Of a DNA stretch of 64,000 nt, positions 23,943 through 37,290 are shown piece after piece. This stretch comes from Camelus ferus (taxonomy: Eukaryota): positions 12,526,001 to 12,590,000 of the forward strand of contig NC_045697.1 in assembly GCF_009834535.1 (NCBI RefSeq), read 5' to 3'. Positions within the stretch are counted from its first letter, which is position 1, and the number at the start of each line of letters is the position of its first letter. Both the position numbers and the translations under genes were made by a program. The notes under the pieces are model-generated. The model worked only from the letters and a program-made list of their open reading frames with translations. It was not told the origin of the DNA and did no database searches.

Positions 23943-24599
23943 AGATACATACATACAAGATGTATCAGCTCCACAAGCTACTTTTTACTTTCTGTTGACT
24001 TATGGGGAAATGGAAACACAGCCACCTTCCAGTTCCTGGGAAAGTAAATAGGCATTTCCCCTGGTTCCACCCCTTCTTGGCCCTACAGAGAGTAGCAGGA
24101 TCTTTTATGTCTCTATTTAGGAGGCCATTAAGTTCCACTGGGGGAGGAATGTGAGACTTGTGGTATTGGAGATTTGGTAAGAGAGAGGGCAGAGGCATGA
24201 AAGGACAGCAGGAGGTAGGAAGGTAAAAGGAAGAATGGAGATTTAGAAACTTGAACTCCATAGAGCCAAGTCTCCTAAAGCGCTAAGGCCAGAGGAACGG
24301 AGATAGTATTACCAGGAGTGTATTGTGAGAGATTCCAAAAGTGGATGGATTTCTGAATGCATCTCATCACTATAGCCTGGGAAACAGGTCACTTCAGGAG
24401 TAGACTCCTTGCTTGGCTTTAAGGGCTTCAATATTAATGCTTTGACCTCTGTGTAAATTTAATCTGTTCTGTGGTTTTGTGTCAACCCTTAGCCCACAAA
24501 CCTTTGATGACTGAGTGAGGAAATATCTCAGCATCCAGGACACTGGACAGCTCCTGGATATTAAGATACAAAAAGGGATGGGAAAGATTAACTGTGGTA

Positions 24600-27500
24600 A
24601 AATTAGCCCTAGATTAAACATTTCTCTAGTGTTGCTAAATAAGATTGAAAGCAGGGTTTGCAAGGATCAAAGAATTTAAATGGAACTTGACTGTGTCCCA
24701 GAACAAACTTCAAGAATTAAAAACAATAACAGAATGTCCATCCCCAACAATGCAAAATTCACAAAGTTTAGCATTCAAAAAAATTACATGGCATGTAAAG
24801 GAGTAATGCAAACCATAATGAAGAAAAAAAATCAGTGAAGCACAACTGACCCCAAAATTATATGGATAAAAATCCTAGTAAACAAAGACATTAAAACAGT
24901 TATAACTATGTCCTTATATTCAAGAAGGTAGAAAAACCCTGAGCATGTTTAGGAGAAACATGGAACTTATAACAAAAGACATAAATCAAACTTTTGGAGG
25001 TGATAAAACATTTTTTTGTGTGAAAAATACACAGGATGAAATTAACAGAAGATTAGAAACTGCAGAATAAATTTTTTGGTGAACTTAAAGCCATAGTGAT
25101 AGAAAATATCCAAAATGAAACAGAGAGGAAAAAAGGCTGAAAAATATAAACAGAGCACTGGTTAGACGAGGGAGATTTTTAAGCAGCCTAATATACAAAA
25201 ACTTGAGACCTCAAAGGAGAGGACAGAGAGAGAGAGAGAAAGAGGGCAGGAAAATATTTTTTAAAAAGTCAATTATTTCTGAATGTTATGAAAAATAGAA
25301 ACTCACATATCGAAAAGTGTTAATAAATATCAAGCAAAACTGTACCAGGGCACATTATAATCAAATTGCTTAGAACTAGTGATAAAGAGAAAATCTTAAA
25401 GTAGCTGCAGAAAAAAAAGACATTATGTACAGAAGAACAACAGAATAGCAGCGGACTCTGCAGTGCTAACAATACAGGCATGAAGGCAGTGGAACAACTT
25501 CTTTCAGTACTGAAAGGAAAAACCTGCTAACGTAGAATTCTTACCCAGAGAAGTATCTATCAAAAGGGAAGGGGAAAAAAGTCTTCCAGACATACAAAAA
25601 ATAAAATAACTCATCACCACCAGTCTTGTATTATGAAAAATATTAAAGAAAATCTTACAGGCAGAAGGAAAATAATATAAACAGAAATCTGTATCTACAA
25701 AATGTAATAAAGAGCACCAGAAATGGTAAATATGTTGGCAAATGTATAATATTTTCTTATATTTTAAATCACTCAAAAAGATAATTGGCCATTTGATGGA
25801 AAAATCATTACAATGTATTATGGGATTTATAACAAATGTAAAAATAAAATGTATGATACATTTACAAAATGAAAAAAACCGAAGGAGAAATGGAAATATA
25901 GTATTATAAGATTCTAATATTACATACAAAGTTAGATAATATTATCTGAATTCACATTTAAGTTAAATTTTTATAATGAAATACTAAAGTACTACTAAAA
26001 AACCTGTAGCTTATGTGCCAAAAGGAGAAAAATGGAATAATAAAAAAATACATTAAAAATAGGATGTAGAAAAAGAAAAAAATGGAACAAAGAATTGATG
26101 GGACAAATAGAAAATAAATATCAAGATTTTGGATTTAAATACAATTATATCAATAAGCACATTAAATTTCAATGAACTAAACCTCAAATAAAATGGAGAG
26201 GTTTCAAATTGGATAAAATGAAAGACCCAGCTATATACTGCCTGCAATATACATATTATAAATACAAAGACACAAATAGATTAAAAGAATAATGATGGAA
26301 ACAAATATACCAGCTAAACTAATCAAAAGAAAGATGTTTAGTGTTTGACTAGATTTCAGAGCAAACAGAATGACCAGAGATAAAGAGCTTAGTTTAATAA
26401 AGATAAAGAGATAAATTTTTCAAAAGGACATATGTATGCTAAACATATTGAGGACATAAATATGCTAAGCATTTTGTGCTTATAAAAAATACATGAACCA
26501 AAAACTGATAAACTGTAAGAAAAAATAATCAAATTCACAAATATAGTGGAGATTTCAATACCCTTTCTCAATAATAGATTGCTGGAAATCAGTGAGCATT
26601 TAGAAGACTTTATTAGCACTGTCAACAACTTGGCCTTATTGACATTTATAAACTATTAACACCCACAAAAGCAGGATATGCATTCTTTTCAAGTGCACGT
26701 GGAACATTTACCAAGATAGACCATACTATAAACTGTAAACCAAATCTGAATAAATATCAAAATATTCAATTCACATAAAGCGTGTTCTCTGACCACATGG
26801 ACTTTAAAAATCAGTAGCGCAAAACTCTGAAAAATCCTCAACTATTTTAAAACTAAATAATACACTTTTAAATAACTCATAAGCAAAATTAAAAGTATTT
26901 TAGACTGAATGAAAATAAGCCCCAACATTTCAAAATTTAGGGAGTGCAGATAAAGCAATGATTATGGGGACATTTCTAGCACTATGTATCTATACTGGAA
27001 AAGAAAGGCTGAAGTCAATGATCTAAGCTTCCATGTTATGATTCTACAATATAGAGATTAAACCAAATTAAACCAAAAATAAGTACAAAAAAAGAGACAA
27101 GAAAGGGCAGAAATAAAAGGCATAAATAAATAGAATAGAAATGAGAAGAATCACCAAAACCAAAAGATGTTTCTTTGAGATTAATAAAATTGACAAACTC
27201 TTGCTAAACTGATCAAGAGAAAAAGAGAGAAGATGTAAGTCATCAATATTTGGAACAAGAAGGGGGCCATTAGTATAGGCATTATGGAAATTAAAGGGAT
27301 AATTAGGGATTATTATTAACTTAATCCTAATAAATCTGATCACTTAGATAAAATGATCAAATTCCTTGAAAGACACAAACTATCTAAGGTTATTTAAAGA
27401 GAATTTGATAAACTTCAAAATCCCTGTATCTAGTATACAGTTTGTGTTTGTTGTTAAAACCTTCTCTGGAAGACAACTCAAGCCTGCATGGCTTCATGAG

Positions 27501-28432
27501 TGAGTTTAACTAAACATTCAACTAAGAGATAATGGAAAATCTACAGAAAGTATTCCTGAAAAATTAAGAGGAGAGAACACATCCTAACACATTCTGTGAG
27601 GCCATCATTACCCTGATACCAAAACCAGGCAAAGATAGTATGAGAAAGGAAAGCTAGTATCTCTCATGAACATAGCACATAGAAAAATTTTTATAAACAT
27701 ATGAAAGCTTCTTAACACCATTAGTCATTAGAAAAATGCAAGTTAAGATCACAATGAGATACCACTATGCATCTAGTAGAATGGATACAATTTTTATAAA
27801 GAAATTGAAAATGCCAAGTACTGGTGAGGATTCATCATTGGTGGGATTGTAAACTAGTATAGCCACTTTGGAGAACATCTTAGCAGTTTTTTATAAAGTT
27901 AAACTTACAGTTATCATACAATCTGGAGGTCCCATTCTTACGGGTTTACCCAAGTGAAATGAAAAACCATGTCCTCACAAAAACTTGTACACAAAAATTT
28001 ATAGCCTCCTTATTTGTAATTACCTCAAACTGGAAGTAACCCAAATATCTCTCAATTGGTGAATGGATAAATAGATTGTGGTTTGTCCATCAAGTGAAAC
28101 AGTACCCAGCAAGAAATAGGACTAAACTACTGAAACACAACATGTGAATGAATCCCAAATGCATTATGCTCAGTGATATATTGTATGATTCCCCTTATAT
28201 GACATTTAAAAAAGAAAAACTGGGAAAGAAAATAGATCCGTGGTTGCTGACGGTGATGGGTGGGTGCAAGGGTTGACAGCAGAAGGCCATGGGGAAACCT
28301 TTTGGCAGGATGGAACTGTTTTATATCTTGCTTGTAGCGGTTACACTGCTGTCTGTATTCATCAAAATGTGCAGAACTATACTGTAAACAGGGTGAATTT
28401 TATTGTACATAAATTGCAGCTTAAAATTTAAA
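24600..28432 (+). mobile_element. Old L1M (L1MC/ME-like): decayed ORF1, ORF2 to ~27680, internal deletion, then 3' end
   Basis: A-rich strand with L1 landmarks 'ggagatttcaataccc', 'caagtgcacgtggaacatttaccaagatagacc', 'ccctgataccaaaacc', 'aaatgcaagttaagatcacaatgagatacc'. Confidence 0.9.
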
Positions 28433-29989
28433 AATGTGAAGAAAATTACTCTTAATTTTTAAATGAGGGTTGTATAGATGATCAGACAATTCCCTCTTTA
28501 TTGAGAGGCAGAAAGGAAGACCATAATTAAAAGTGTTGTATTTGACAAGCAGGGACATGAGAGTGCACAGAAAATGGGTTCCAGTCTTTCCGAGCCGAGT
28601 AAGAGCGAGTGTCCTGAAAGGCTTTCTTTCTGGAGGAAAGAACTAGCAGCTCTTGCATTTGTTAGAAACCCTTCCCCATCCTTCAGTTCTTCAGACGCTG
28701 TGGCTGGTTCCTCATGATTAGCCTGAAAGGAAAGAAACCTTAGGCTACCTTTTTCACAGACAAGGACAATGGACTTCCTTTTTGTCCTTTCACGAAGGCT
28801 TCTGTTTCTCTTCTAATCCTGTGTTCATAAGGGAAGCTGCCAAAAACAGCGGAAGGATCCTGAAACAGTATGTTGACATTGGTAAAGACTGATTTTGACA
28901 TATTCTTCTGACAACCTTTTGATTAATTTTCTGCTTCATTAAAACCCTTGATTAAATTAAACGGTGTGTAGCAATATCCTTGACAGATTTTGTGTATTAG
29001 CAAACAAGGCCTCCAATTCCAAAGGCAGTGTCAGTGCAACGGCCCTCCGCAGCCAGGTTAGTAATTTCTAGGAGCCTGTGGTCATGAAGGGACTGAACTT
29101 GCCTCTCGTCCAAAAGCCCAGTTGGATTTGGGCAGAGAAGCTGATGAGGATACAGAGGAAATCCTGTGTGGACTGGCTTCACCATGCTGAGAGCCCAGCT
29201 CTCCCGTGTTGCCCATCCTCCACCCACCCCTCCCCTGCCTGCATCTGCTCTGCTTCACACAAGACATCACAGTGGAGTACAGTTAAACTCCTGAGCAGCT
29301 AATTCCTCCTACCATGTTTAATCCTCGATGTGTCCCTTTAACACTTACATATATAGCTTTGTAGGCATGTTTTTATGTGATAGTTGAAAAATGAAGTGCC
29401 AGGGCTCATATCTTGAAAAATTCTAAAAATGATAAATTGATCATTTTTAAAGTTCCTCTTTCACCTCTCCCCATATGTTGGATTTAGCAGCACATATGCT
29501 GCCGCTGGCATGAAACGGGTCCCCGCATTGTGTAGAACTCCCAGCATGAGGGTGGGGGGAGCTAATACAAATCAAAAGTCCATAGAGTATATAAAAATTG
29601 ACACTTATAAATCTGTACATTTATTCCTTAAGTCAAATTATTTTTTAAATTAAACACATTGACATTCAAATTTCACAGAAAAAATTTGAATTTTCTACCA
29701 GGTTCTTTTCTAACAGAACAACCTGACAGAGACAGGTTATGGGTTGCTCACAGTCTCCTGTATTTGTGTGTAGATGGGACTAACACCCTTTCTACCATTG
29801 TGATCACTGACATAAGCCAGATGCAGGCTTACAGATGTTTTCATAAACAAGAAGACTCTACCACTTTTCTTCACTCAGTAGCATCAAAACAAAATGCTAA
29901 GCTTCCTACCTTTTGGAGGGGCACCACGTGGGTTAGTTTATAGTTTTCATGTGAACTTACCTGTTTTGAATGAGTTAGTTGAGTTTCAT

Positions 29990-30720
29990 CCGTTTGTTCA
30001 TTCATTTGGAGTAGCAGAATTTAGTATCTACTACGTGCCACGCATGACCTGGAAATACAGAGATGAAAGACAGGATTTCTGTCTTCAAAAATGTTGCAGG
30101 TTGATTCACCAAGAGTAATCAAGGTTAGCATATGGGGGGTATGGGCATGCTTAGGAAACAAGATTCAGTGGATTTGGGGAGATGGTTGACAAAGTCATCC
30201 TGGAGTCCCCAGTGTGATGCTGAATCCCGATGGGTAAGAAGAAGACACCTGAGTTTAAGAGCCTTGGTGAAGTGCTGGAGGAGTGTCAGGAAGAGGAGCA
30301 TGGTGCAGAGATGTAGCTGTACATCCAAAGCACAGAGATGCAAAGCAGCAAGTAAGAGCCTGGGGGCGAAGGACACATATGTGCTGTGGTCAAGGCCCAG
30401 CATATTAGGGGAATAGTTCAAGGTGAAACTTGGAGAGGAAAGCAAAAACCAGTTCATGAAGTCTTGTGTGTGGCAAACTAAGAAATGTGAACTTACCTTG
30501 GGAACTTCGAGGAGCCACTGGAGTATTTTAGGGAGGGAGCTCATCTGGTTGGAATGTACCTGTCATAAAAGTATCACTGGTAGCAGTGTAGGGGAGTGAA
30601 ATAAATTTGGGGTTGGAGGGTTAGGGACGGGAGGCAATGGGATGAGGTAATAGGAGGCTGAAGAATGTCCAGATTAGAAACAATGAAAGCTTGAACTAGG
30701 AGGAAAGAGAGGAGGGGGTT
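29990..30720 (-). mobile_element. L2 LINE 3' fragments
   Basis: 'gttcattcatttg...tatctactacgtgcca' and 'gagccactggagtattttagg...tcactggtagcagtgt'. Confidence 0.6.
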
Positions 30721-33700
30721 GCTTAATAAAAACTGTTGAATTTAATTGAAGGAACAAAAGGAGAGCTGCCATCAGCACTAGTCAAGGATATAGACCTCAC
30801 GGAAAGGCTTTTAGAAAACGGTATCTCCTAAAGATAAAATATAAAACCATCTCCATGGTTACAGCACACAGCCTTGTATTGGGTGATCCCTATCACCGAA
30901 CATATTATTTTACCTTGAACACTTTATTTTTACACGCACTAGATTTGTTTGGTAGGAGAGAGAGCGGCAGAAGGGGGTCTGAGGATGTTTGGTTGCTGTG
31001 TGGGAGATGTTAGGGTTTGTGCTGTGTGTGGAGCACTGGGCATTAACTCTTATAATTTTGACAAAAATCTTTTGAAATAGTACTGTTGTCAATGCCACGT
31101 AAAATTTAAGGAAACTTGGACACAGAGAGATTTAGTAATTTGACTGACAGCCCACAGTAGCAGGATGAAGAACCAGGATTCCATCTCAAAAGTCTTTCTT
31201 TTTTTTAAAATCACCTTCTCTCATGATGCTTTTCTGTCATTTTCTCATGTTTTTCCACTGACCTCCTCATTTCATGATTCTATATCTACAACCTGAATAA
31301 TAAAACAGATATAAGACCTTCAAGAAGATCTTTCAAGAATCAGCCTGGCATAGTAATTATGAACAAGGGCCATGGAGCCCAATTTCCTGAGTTTTTCCAA
31401 GGTCAGAGATTATTCCTCCTTCTCTGTGTCTCTTCTACCCCCCACAAGGATCACTCTCAAAATGAGCCATTATTTGTGGTAGGAGTGATGTCAACCTCAG
31501 GTATGTAGGGTTGAAACAAAGGCTGAAAATCATTGTCTTAGCCCCACAGCTTGTCAATGAGACAAGAGACCCAAAGAGCTTTAGGAAACTGCACAAGATC
31601 TCAGAGCAAGTAATTAACAGTATTGGGGCTGATAACTAGGTTTTCTTTAAACATGTTTAATGTTTCTTCCATGACATCATGTTGCCTCTCTCCTTACTAT
31701 AAATCTCTCTTAAGTTTCTAAATTCAGTTGCCTGAGTTATAAAAAGTAAGTTAATGTAGATAAATCATTTTTTAAAACATTTGACTGAGAACAAAAGATT
31801 ATGGCCAAATTAAAACCCTTAAAGGATTCAAGCTCTAAACTGATTACACTGCCATTTCCTCCCTGTAGATGGTTCAAAAAGAAAATCTATATCAAACCAC
31901 AATATAAATGTGCGAAATCCAAAAAGGTTGTAATTTCTAATGCTGAATGACTTCTGTACCTTTTTTCAAACATCAATACACAGTCCTCTTAAAAAACAAA
32001 TCAGGATGTCTGGATGTGCTGTTGCTCTAAGTACGTTCCTACTCTTAGACTAGATCTGTTTCTGTCAAAGGAAAGAGACACAATGTCACCTGAACCCTGG
32101 ACGTATGTAGCCTGGATGTCATATATGAATTAATCCTGCCTATATTCACTTGTTTCAATGTCTTTCTCTGAAAGTATAGCACGCCAAATGCGTCCAATCA
32201 CAGAGATTCTGATCTATAAATTAAACACACTACGGATTACTTTAAAAGACTTCTTTAGCCAGTTTTCTGGGCCACTAGTAAAGGATCGCACTCACGTAGT
32301 TCATTCTCAGAGTGGCAATGTGGTCAAAGAAGCGTGATTCAGCAACAAAGAAAGACATTTCAAAGAAACTCTAGTTTCTAATTGCATTGCTCGATCCCTG
32401 TAAAGAGGCTGGGAGGTTCTCTCAGAATCGTTTTATCTTTCTTTCATCTATTTCTCCCCTACACATACCCAGCTGTTCCTGCCCCTCATTTTCATCTAAG
32501 CTTCCCTAAAGAATTCCGATCCAGCCTTAGCTCACATACTCATATCCTTAGACTAAACATTGCATTCCTACGCGATCACTGAAGCACAAAATCCAAGAGA
32601 AGCCTCCTGGCAAAAATGACTATCGTCAGAAGGTGAAGAGGGGAAGAGCTGCAGCAGAGAAAGAGACTCCCCTTGGTTGACTTTAAAAGGTAACCCTGGG
32701 AGCTCTCAGTCATTGATGGTGATTTGTTATATCCTAGCGTTGCTTTCTCTCCCCTTAATTCACAGCAAGATGTTTGATGGTAGGGGTTGCTTTCACCATT
32801 AATGTTAATGTGACTGATGTTGTCCCCTCAGTACCTAACACCAGCTGCAGTGTTTAGAGAGCCCCCAGTAGTTCTTACCCACTTGAGGAAAAGAGGTTCT
32901 TGAAGAAATCCATAAATTTTACACCCGTTTTTCCCTGATTTTGACATTATCTTCTACAGGCAGACTACATTTTCTAATTTGTCTTTGGCAGACTTGTTCC
33001 CCATATCCTGAGGTGAAAGCCAGCATCAACAAAGTGTAGACCTTGGAAAGCCATACTCTTGACTTTGCAAAGAGTGTGAATGCATGGCTTTATTAAGCTG
33101 TATGTTCTGCTGCTTTGGAAGAGATTTTGGCTCCAGTCTTTGGTTAAGCTTTTAATACTAAGGAATGCCTTATTATTGGCAATCAATTTCCTTGACTTAT
33201 AATAAGCTGGTAGAAATTATTCTCATTGACATGTTGTATTGCTTCGGTCAGGAATACAAATAGCTAAACAGAGGAGCAGTAGATTCAGGGAGACTTCTAC
33301 TTAAGTTCTGCATTTGGGAAGTTAGTTTATTATTCTGAAAAAAAGACCTATACTCTTAGTTTTCAACTTTGGAAAACACTTAAAAGTAGTTTTTGTGCTG
33401 AGTTTATGGCCTGATCTCTCAATTTATAGATTGACGTGTCTTTGTGGATTTTTTTCCTGCAAGTTTGCCTATAATCCAGATTTTAGTAGAACAGAATCAT
33501 TATTAAGTAATCATTATTATTTTCTTTAAAATGGAAATATGCAAATTGTCACAAAATAGACTGTGTGTGTGGGTTGGAAGAATTTATTATTAAAAACAAT
33601 ATTGTGTTAAAGTCATTAATAATGTGACAAAAACGTCACTATTAAAAATATTTATTGTCTACTTAGACAAAGAGAATTGGATGCTGAGTCAGAAGACCCC

Positions 33701-35734
33701 AGCCCCCAAGTAGCCAGGTCATTTGGAACAAGTAATGACCTATTACTTAATGAAATTTGTAGTGCTTCGTTCTGTAATAAACCACCCTTAACATCCCTCC
33801 AAAATTCTGATCAGAGTAAGAGTACATGGAATATTGTCTAATAAAATCATTGAAAGAAAGATCACTGAGGGTTGGGGAATGATAGAAAATGGAATCAGGC
33901 AGATGTGCTTTCAATGTCATGCCACGTGGTAGCTCTGTGGGCTGAGACTTGGTTAATTTATTTAATCTCCAAACCTCAGCACAAGTTTTTCTCCCTTAAA
34001 ATAACAATAATTAACAAACCCAATGGCCATTCTTTGAGCATCTACTATCTTAGATATGCCCCACGTATATTCTTTCAGAAAAATTCTGTCAAGTCTCTAT
34101 TATTTATATGCAAATTTAAAAGCTTGAATCTCAGAGATGTTAAATAATTTGTCCCTGGGGACATAGCTAGTAAGCAGCAGTTTGGAGGTTCAAATCCAGG
34201 TCTGCTTGATTTCAAAGATTATGGTCCCTGTTGGCCACCCCATTCTCCCTCTTGTAAGGAGTGAAAGCAGCTCACATTTGCAAACATGTTCAGGATGGAA
34301 AAGAAAACTTAGCACATACATGAGACCATCTCACAAGGGAAAGTGGGAACACAAGCCACTAAATCACTTCACTGGAGCTCAGGGAATCAGAACACTAAGC
34401 GACCTAACCGCTTAAGACTTTGTAAATGCGGAGAACTCACGTCCCAGGGAAGGATCATCTGTTCGTTATTTTGAAGGAGATGCTGACCTTTTAGGTATAC
34501 ATCAGAGACAAGCCACCAAACAGACAGGCACAGACTACAATATCTGTAGTAGAAGTTCTTTTGCTCAGTGAGCAAGCTCTTTGGTCCTATTGTATCCGGA
34601 CAGGATTCTGAAGCTTTTAATCACAATTTTATCAAACACAGAGCATAGTAGCCTAGAACCTTGGACTGCTTAGGGCATTTTGGAATCATCTGAGTCAATA
34701 TTCTCATTTTGTTGATTAGGACACTGAGGTTCAGAGAGGTTAAGGGACTCATCCTGACTTATACACACAATTAATTCTGTGTATTTTGGCTCAAGTGGCC
34801 TACTTATTGATGTCATCCAATGCCTCCTCTCTGTGATGAACTGACAAATATCTGAGCACAGAGACTACACTGTAGTCTTTGTTTTAATCTCATACTCTTG
34901 GGCACAGGACTGGATCTGTGGTAGTTATATAATATAAAGTAGTGGGTTCAAATGGAAGATCTGTAGCAATGAATGCAGCAATGAATGCTTCAGCTCCTTT
35001 TTTTTTTTAATGATAAGCAGGACAAGGAAAAAAAAAATACTGAACAAGAAAGGTCTGCCAGAGCATGTCAGATGTGGTTATGTTCTGGTTAGGGGTTAAC
35101 TGGAACACTCCTGGATATCACCCTAAGAAATTAACAACCTTTATCAAGAGAAGCAATTTTGACCAGATTATGTTCTTATTCTAGCTAAATGTCCTGCATC
35201 TTTCCTTTCATTCCCTCTTTCTTTTGACATCAGAATGATTCTACCACCTGCACTATTTATCCAATCAGAATGTTGTTGTCTTTGGTCTGAGATCCAAAAA
35301 TACTTTGCTCTTTGTTCTTAGCCCATGTTCTCATAAACTGCAGGTGCTTCACTCTGCCCCGTGGCATTTTGCTGTTGTTTTGTTTCTGACCTGACTTCCA
35401 CAACTTACTCTAGCTCTGCCCTGCTTCACACAATGACCAAAGAGGGAGGAGACAGCCACTGTCCCAGGCCGAGCAGTTGAGAAGGCTGTAATTAGAGAGG
35501 AGTTATTTATTCTATTAAAACAAACACATTCCCCAAGATTTTAGCAAGAAACAGCTCAATGAACTCACCAGAAGGACAGGAATACAGGCAGGGATTTTTT
35601 TTTTTTTTTTGGTTAACTTTTAAAATAAATATTTGTTGCACCCCCCTCCCAATTATTGTTGGTGATAGGTTGATAGGATTGATGTTGAAAAGTCCTGTCT
35701 GCAGTCAGCTTAGGGTGGAGTGAGCAAACGAGCA

Positions 35735-36150
35735 TGGTGGCAGGGACTGGCTAGATGTCCAACAATCCCATTTCTGTTACAGGCAACTCAGGAAAACTAC
35801 ACGTTTCAGCTTCCTTTATGCTGTTGAGTTGGGACCTAGTGTCCATTTCTGGCTAGTGGAATGTTGGCAGACATGATCTCTAGGCCTAGTCTTAAAGTGT
35901 AACTTTATTTTCAAAGTTCATGTGTCTGATCATGTGACGATGTGGTCATGTAGTCATCTGATGATGAACTTACATGACAGGAGGTACCTGGATAGCTCAG
36001 TCATTGCCTGGAAATGAGCTACCCAAGAGAGCCACTCAACTTTTATTGGATTATGAATTGAGTGAGAAGGAAACCTTTGCTGTGTTAATTTAAGCCACTG
36101 GAATTTGGTTATTTGTTACCATGGCATAATCTATACTATATATGACTATA
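35735..36150 (+). mobile_element. MLT1I/J-like MaLR solo LTR
   Basis: 'gggactggctagatgtcc...ttctggctagtggaatgt...gtgagaaggaaacctttgctgtgtt..taagccactg..ttgttaccatggcata'. Confidence 0.7.
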
Positions 36151-36769
36151 AAACTATGGAATTGCTTACCATTGAAATTTTTTCCCAAATGCTATGCTGT
36201 CACCAAGAGATTACCTCTGTTATCCTGGGGAATTACTGGATACTTTCTATAAGGAGACATGTATGAGATAAGTTTTAAAAGACTTGATTCCCTAACATTT
36301 TCATGTATCTCTTTTGATTTTCCCTTTATATATCCAGCTTCCTCTAATTGAAATAGAAAGAGGAATGTTCAAACCAGGAAAAGATTGCATGTGAATTAAT
36401 ATCTTGGCCTTGTTTCAGGAATGAGTTCAGGAAGTCTAAATGTTCACTTTCATGTGGAAGGAGATTAGGGGTAATTATTTCATGAAGACGAGGAGCTGAG
36501 AAGGAACAGCATCAGACAGAGCATCTCTGAAATTATATCTGCTCTTTGGAGTTGGGGTAAAGTTAGGGTAGGATCAGATATCTGTGCTTTGGAAATTTTA
36601 AAAATTTGCTCTGGGTGTTATGTGCTGTCCTTAAGAATGTTTATGCACAAGGAGTAGTCTTAAGTGTACTGGCAACTGGGTCCACTGGTTGGAGCAGACT
36701 TCCTGCTATAGCAGTTGGATGGTACAAGATGAGTCTAGTTTGGGTTACTTATATGTATTTTGGAATATA

Positions 36770-37290
36770 GTAAGTCCTAATATTCCAGGCACTGTTTTAA
36801 GCACTTTACAAATATTAACTTACTCAATACTCATAAATACCCTATGAAATGCTATCAGTATTTTTCTCACCTTAAAGACAAGGAAACTGAGGCATGGAGA
36901 GTTTAAGATTACACATTTCCCAAGATTATACACCTAGTAAGTGGTGGAACCAGCGTTGGAACCCAGGTTGTCTGAGTCTAGGTCCCAGACGTGTCACTGC
37001 TTTGCTATGATGATTTGTTTTGCTAATTAATAGTAGCACCAACCAACAACTACCATTTCTTGAGCTTACTAAGTGCCTGGCACTGTTCTAAATTAACTAC
37101 ATGTATTGTCTTTTTAATGCACAAAACCAAACTATGAGTAGGCGCTACTGTTACTCTCACTGTACATACAGATAAGGAAACCGGAAGCAAGAGAGAAATA
37201 ACTAGGAGGAGTTTAGTAACAAGGAGGGGCAGAAGCTGTGCTGGGATTCAGGCAGACTTGGGTCCAGAGCCTGAGTACTTTGCTGCTATA
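36770..37290 (-). mobile_element. Two tandem MIR SINEs
   Basis: 'ccaggcactgttttaagcactttaca...aggaaactgaggcatggagagttt' and 'gagcttactaagtgcctggcactgttcta...gataaggaaacc'. Confidence 0.8.

Noticed and set aside
31869..31926. Exon candidate after 'ccatttcctccctgtag'
   Set aside because: Good acceptor, but the donor (AAG|gttgta) is poor and the peptide is unrecognised
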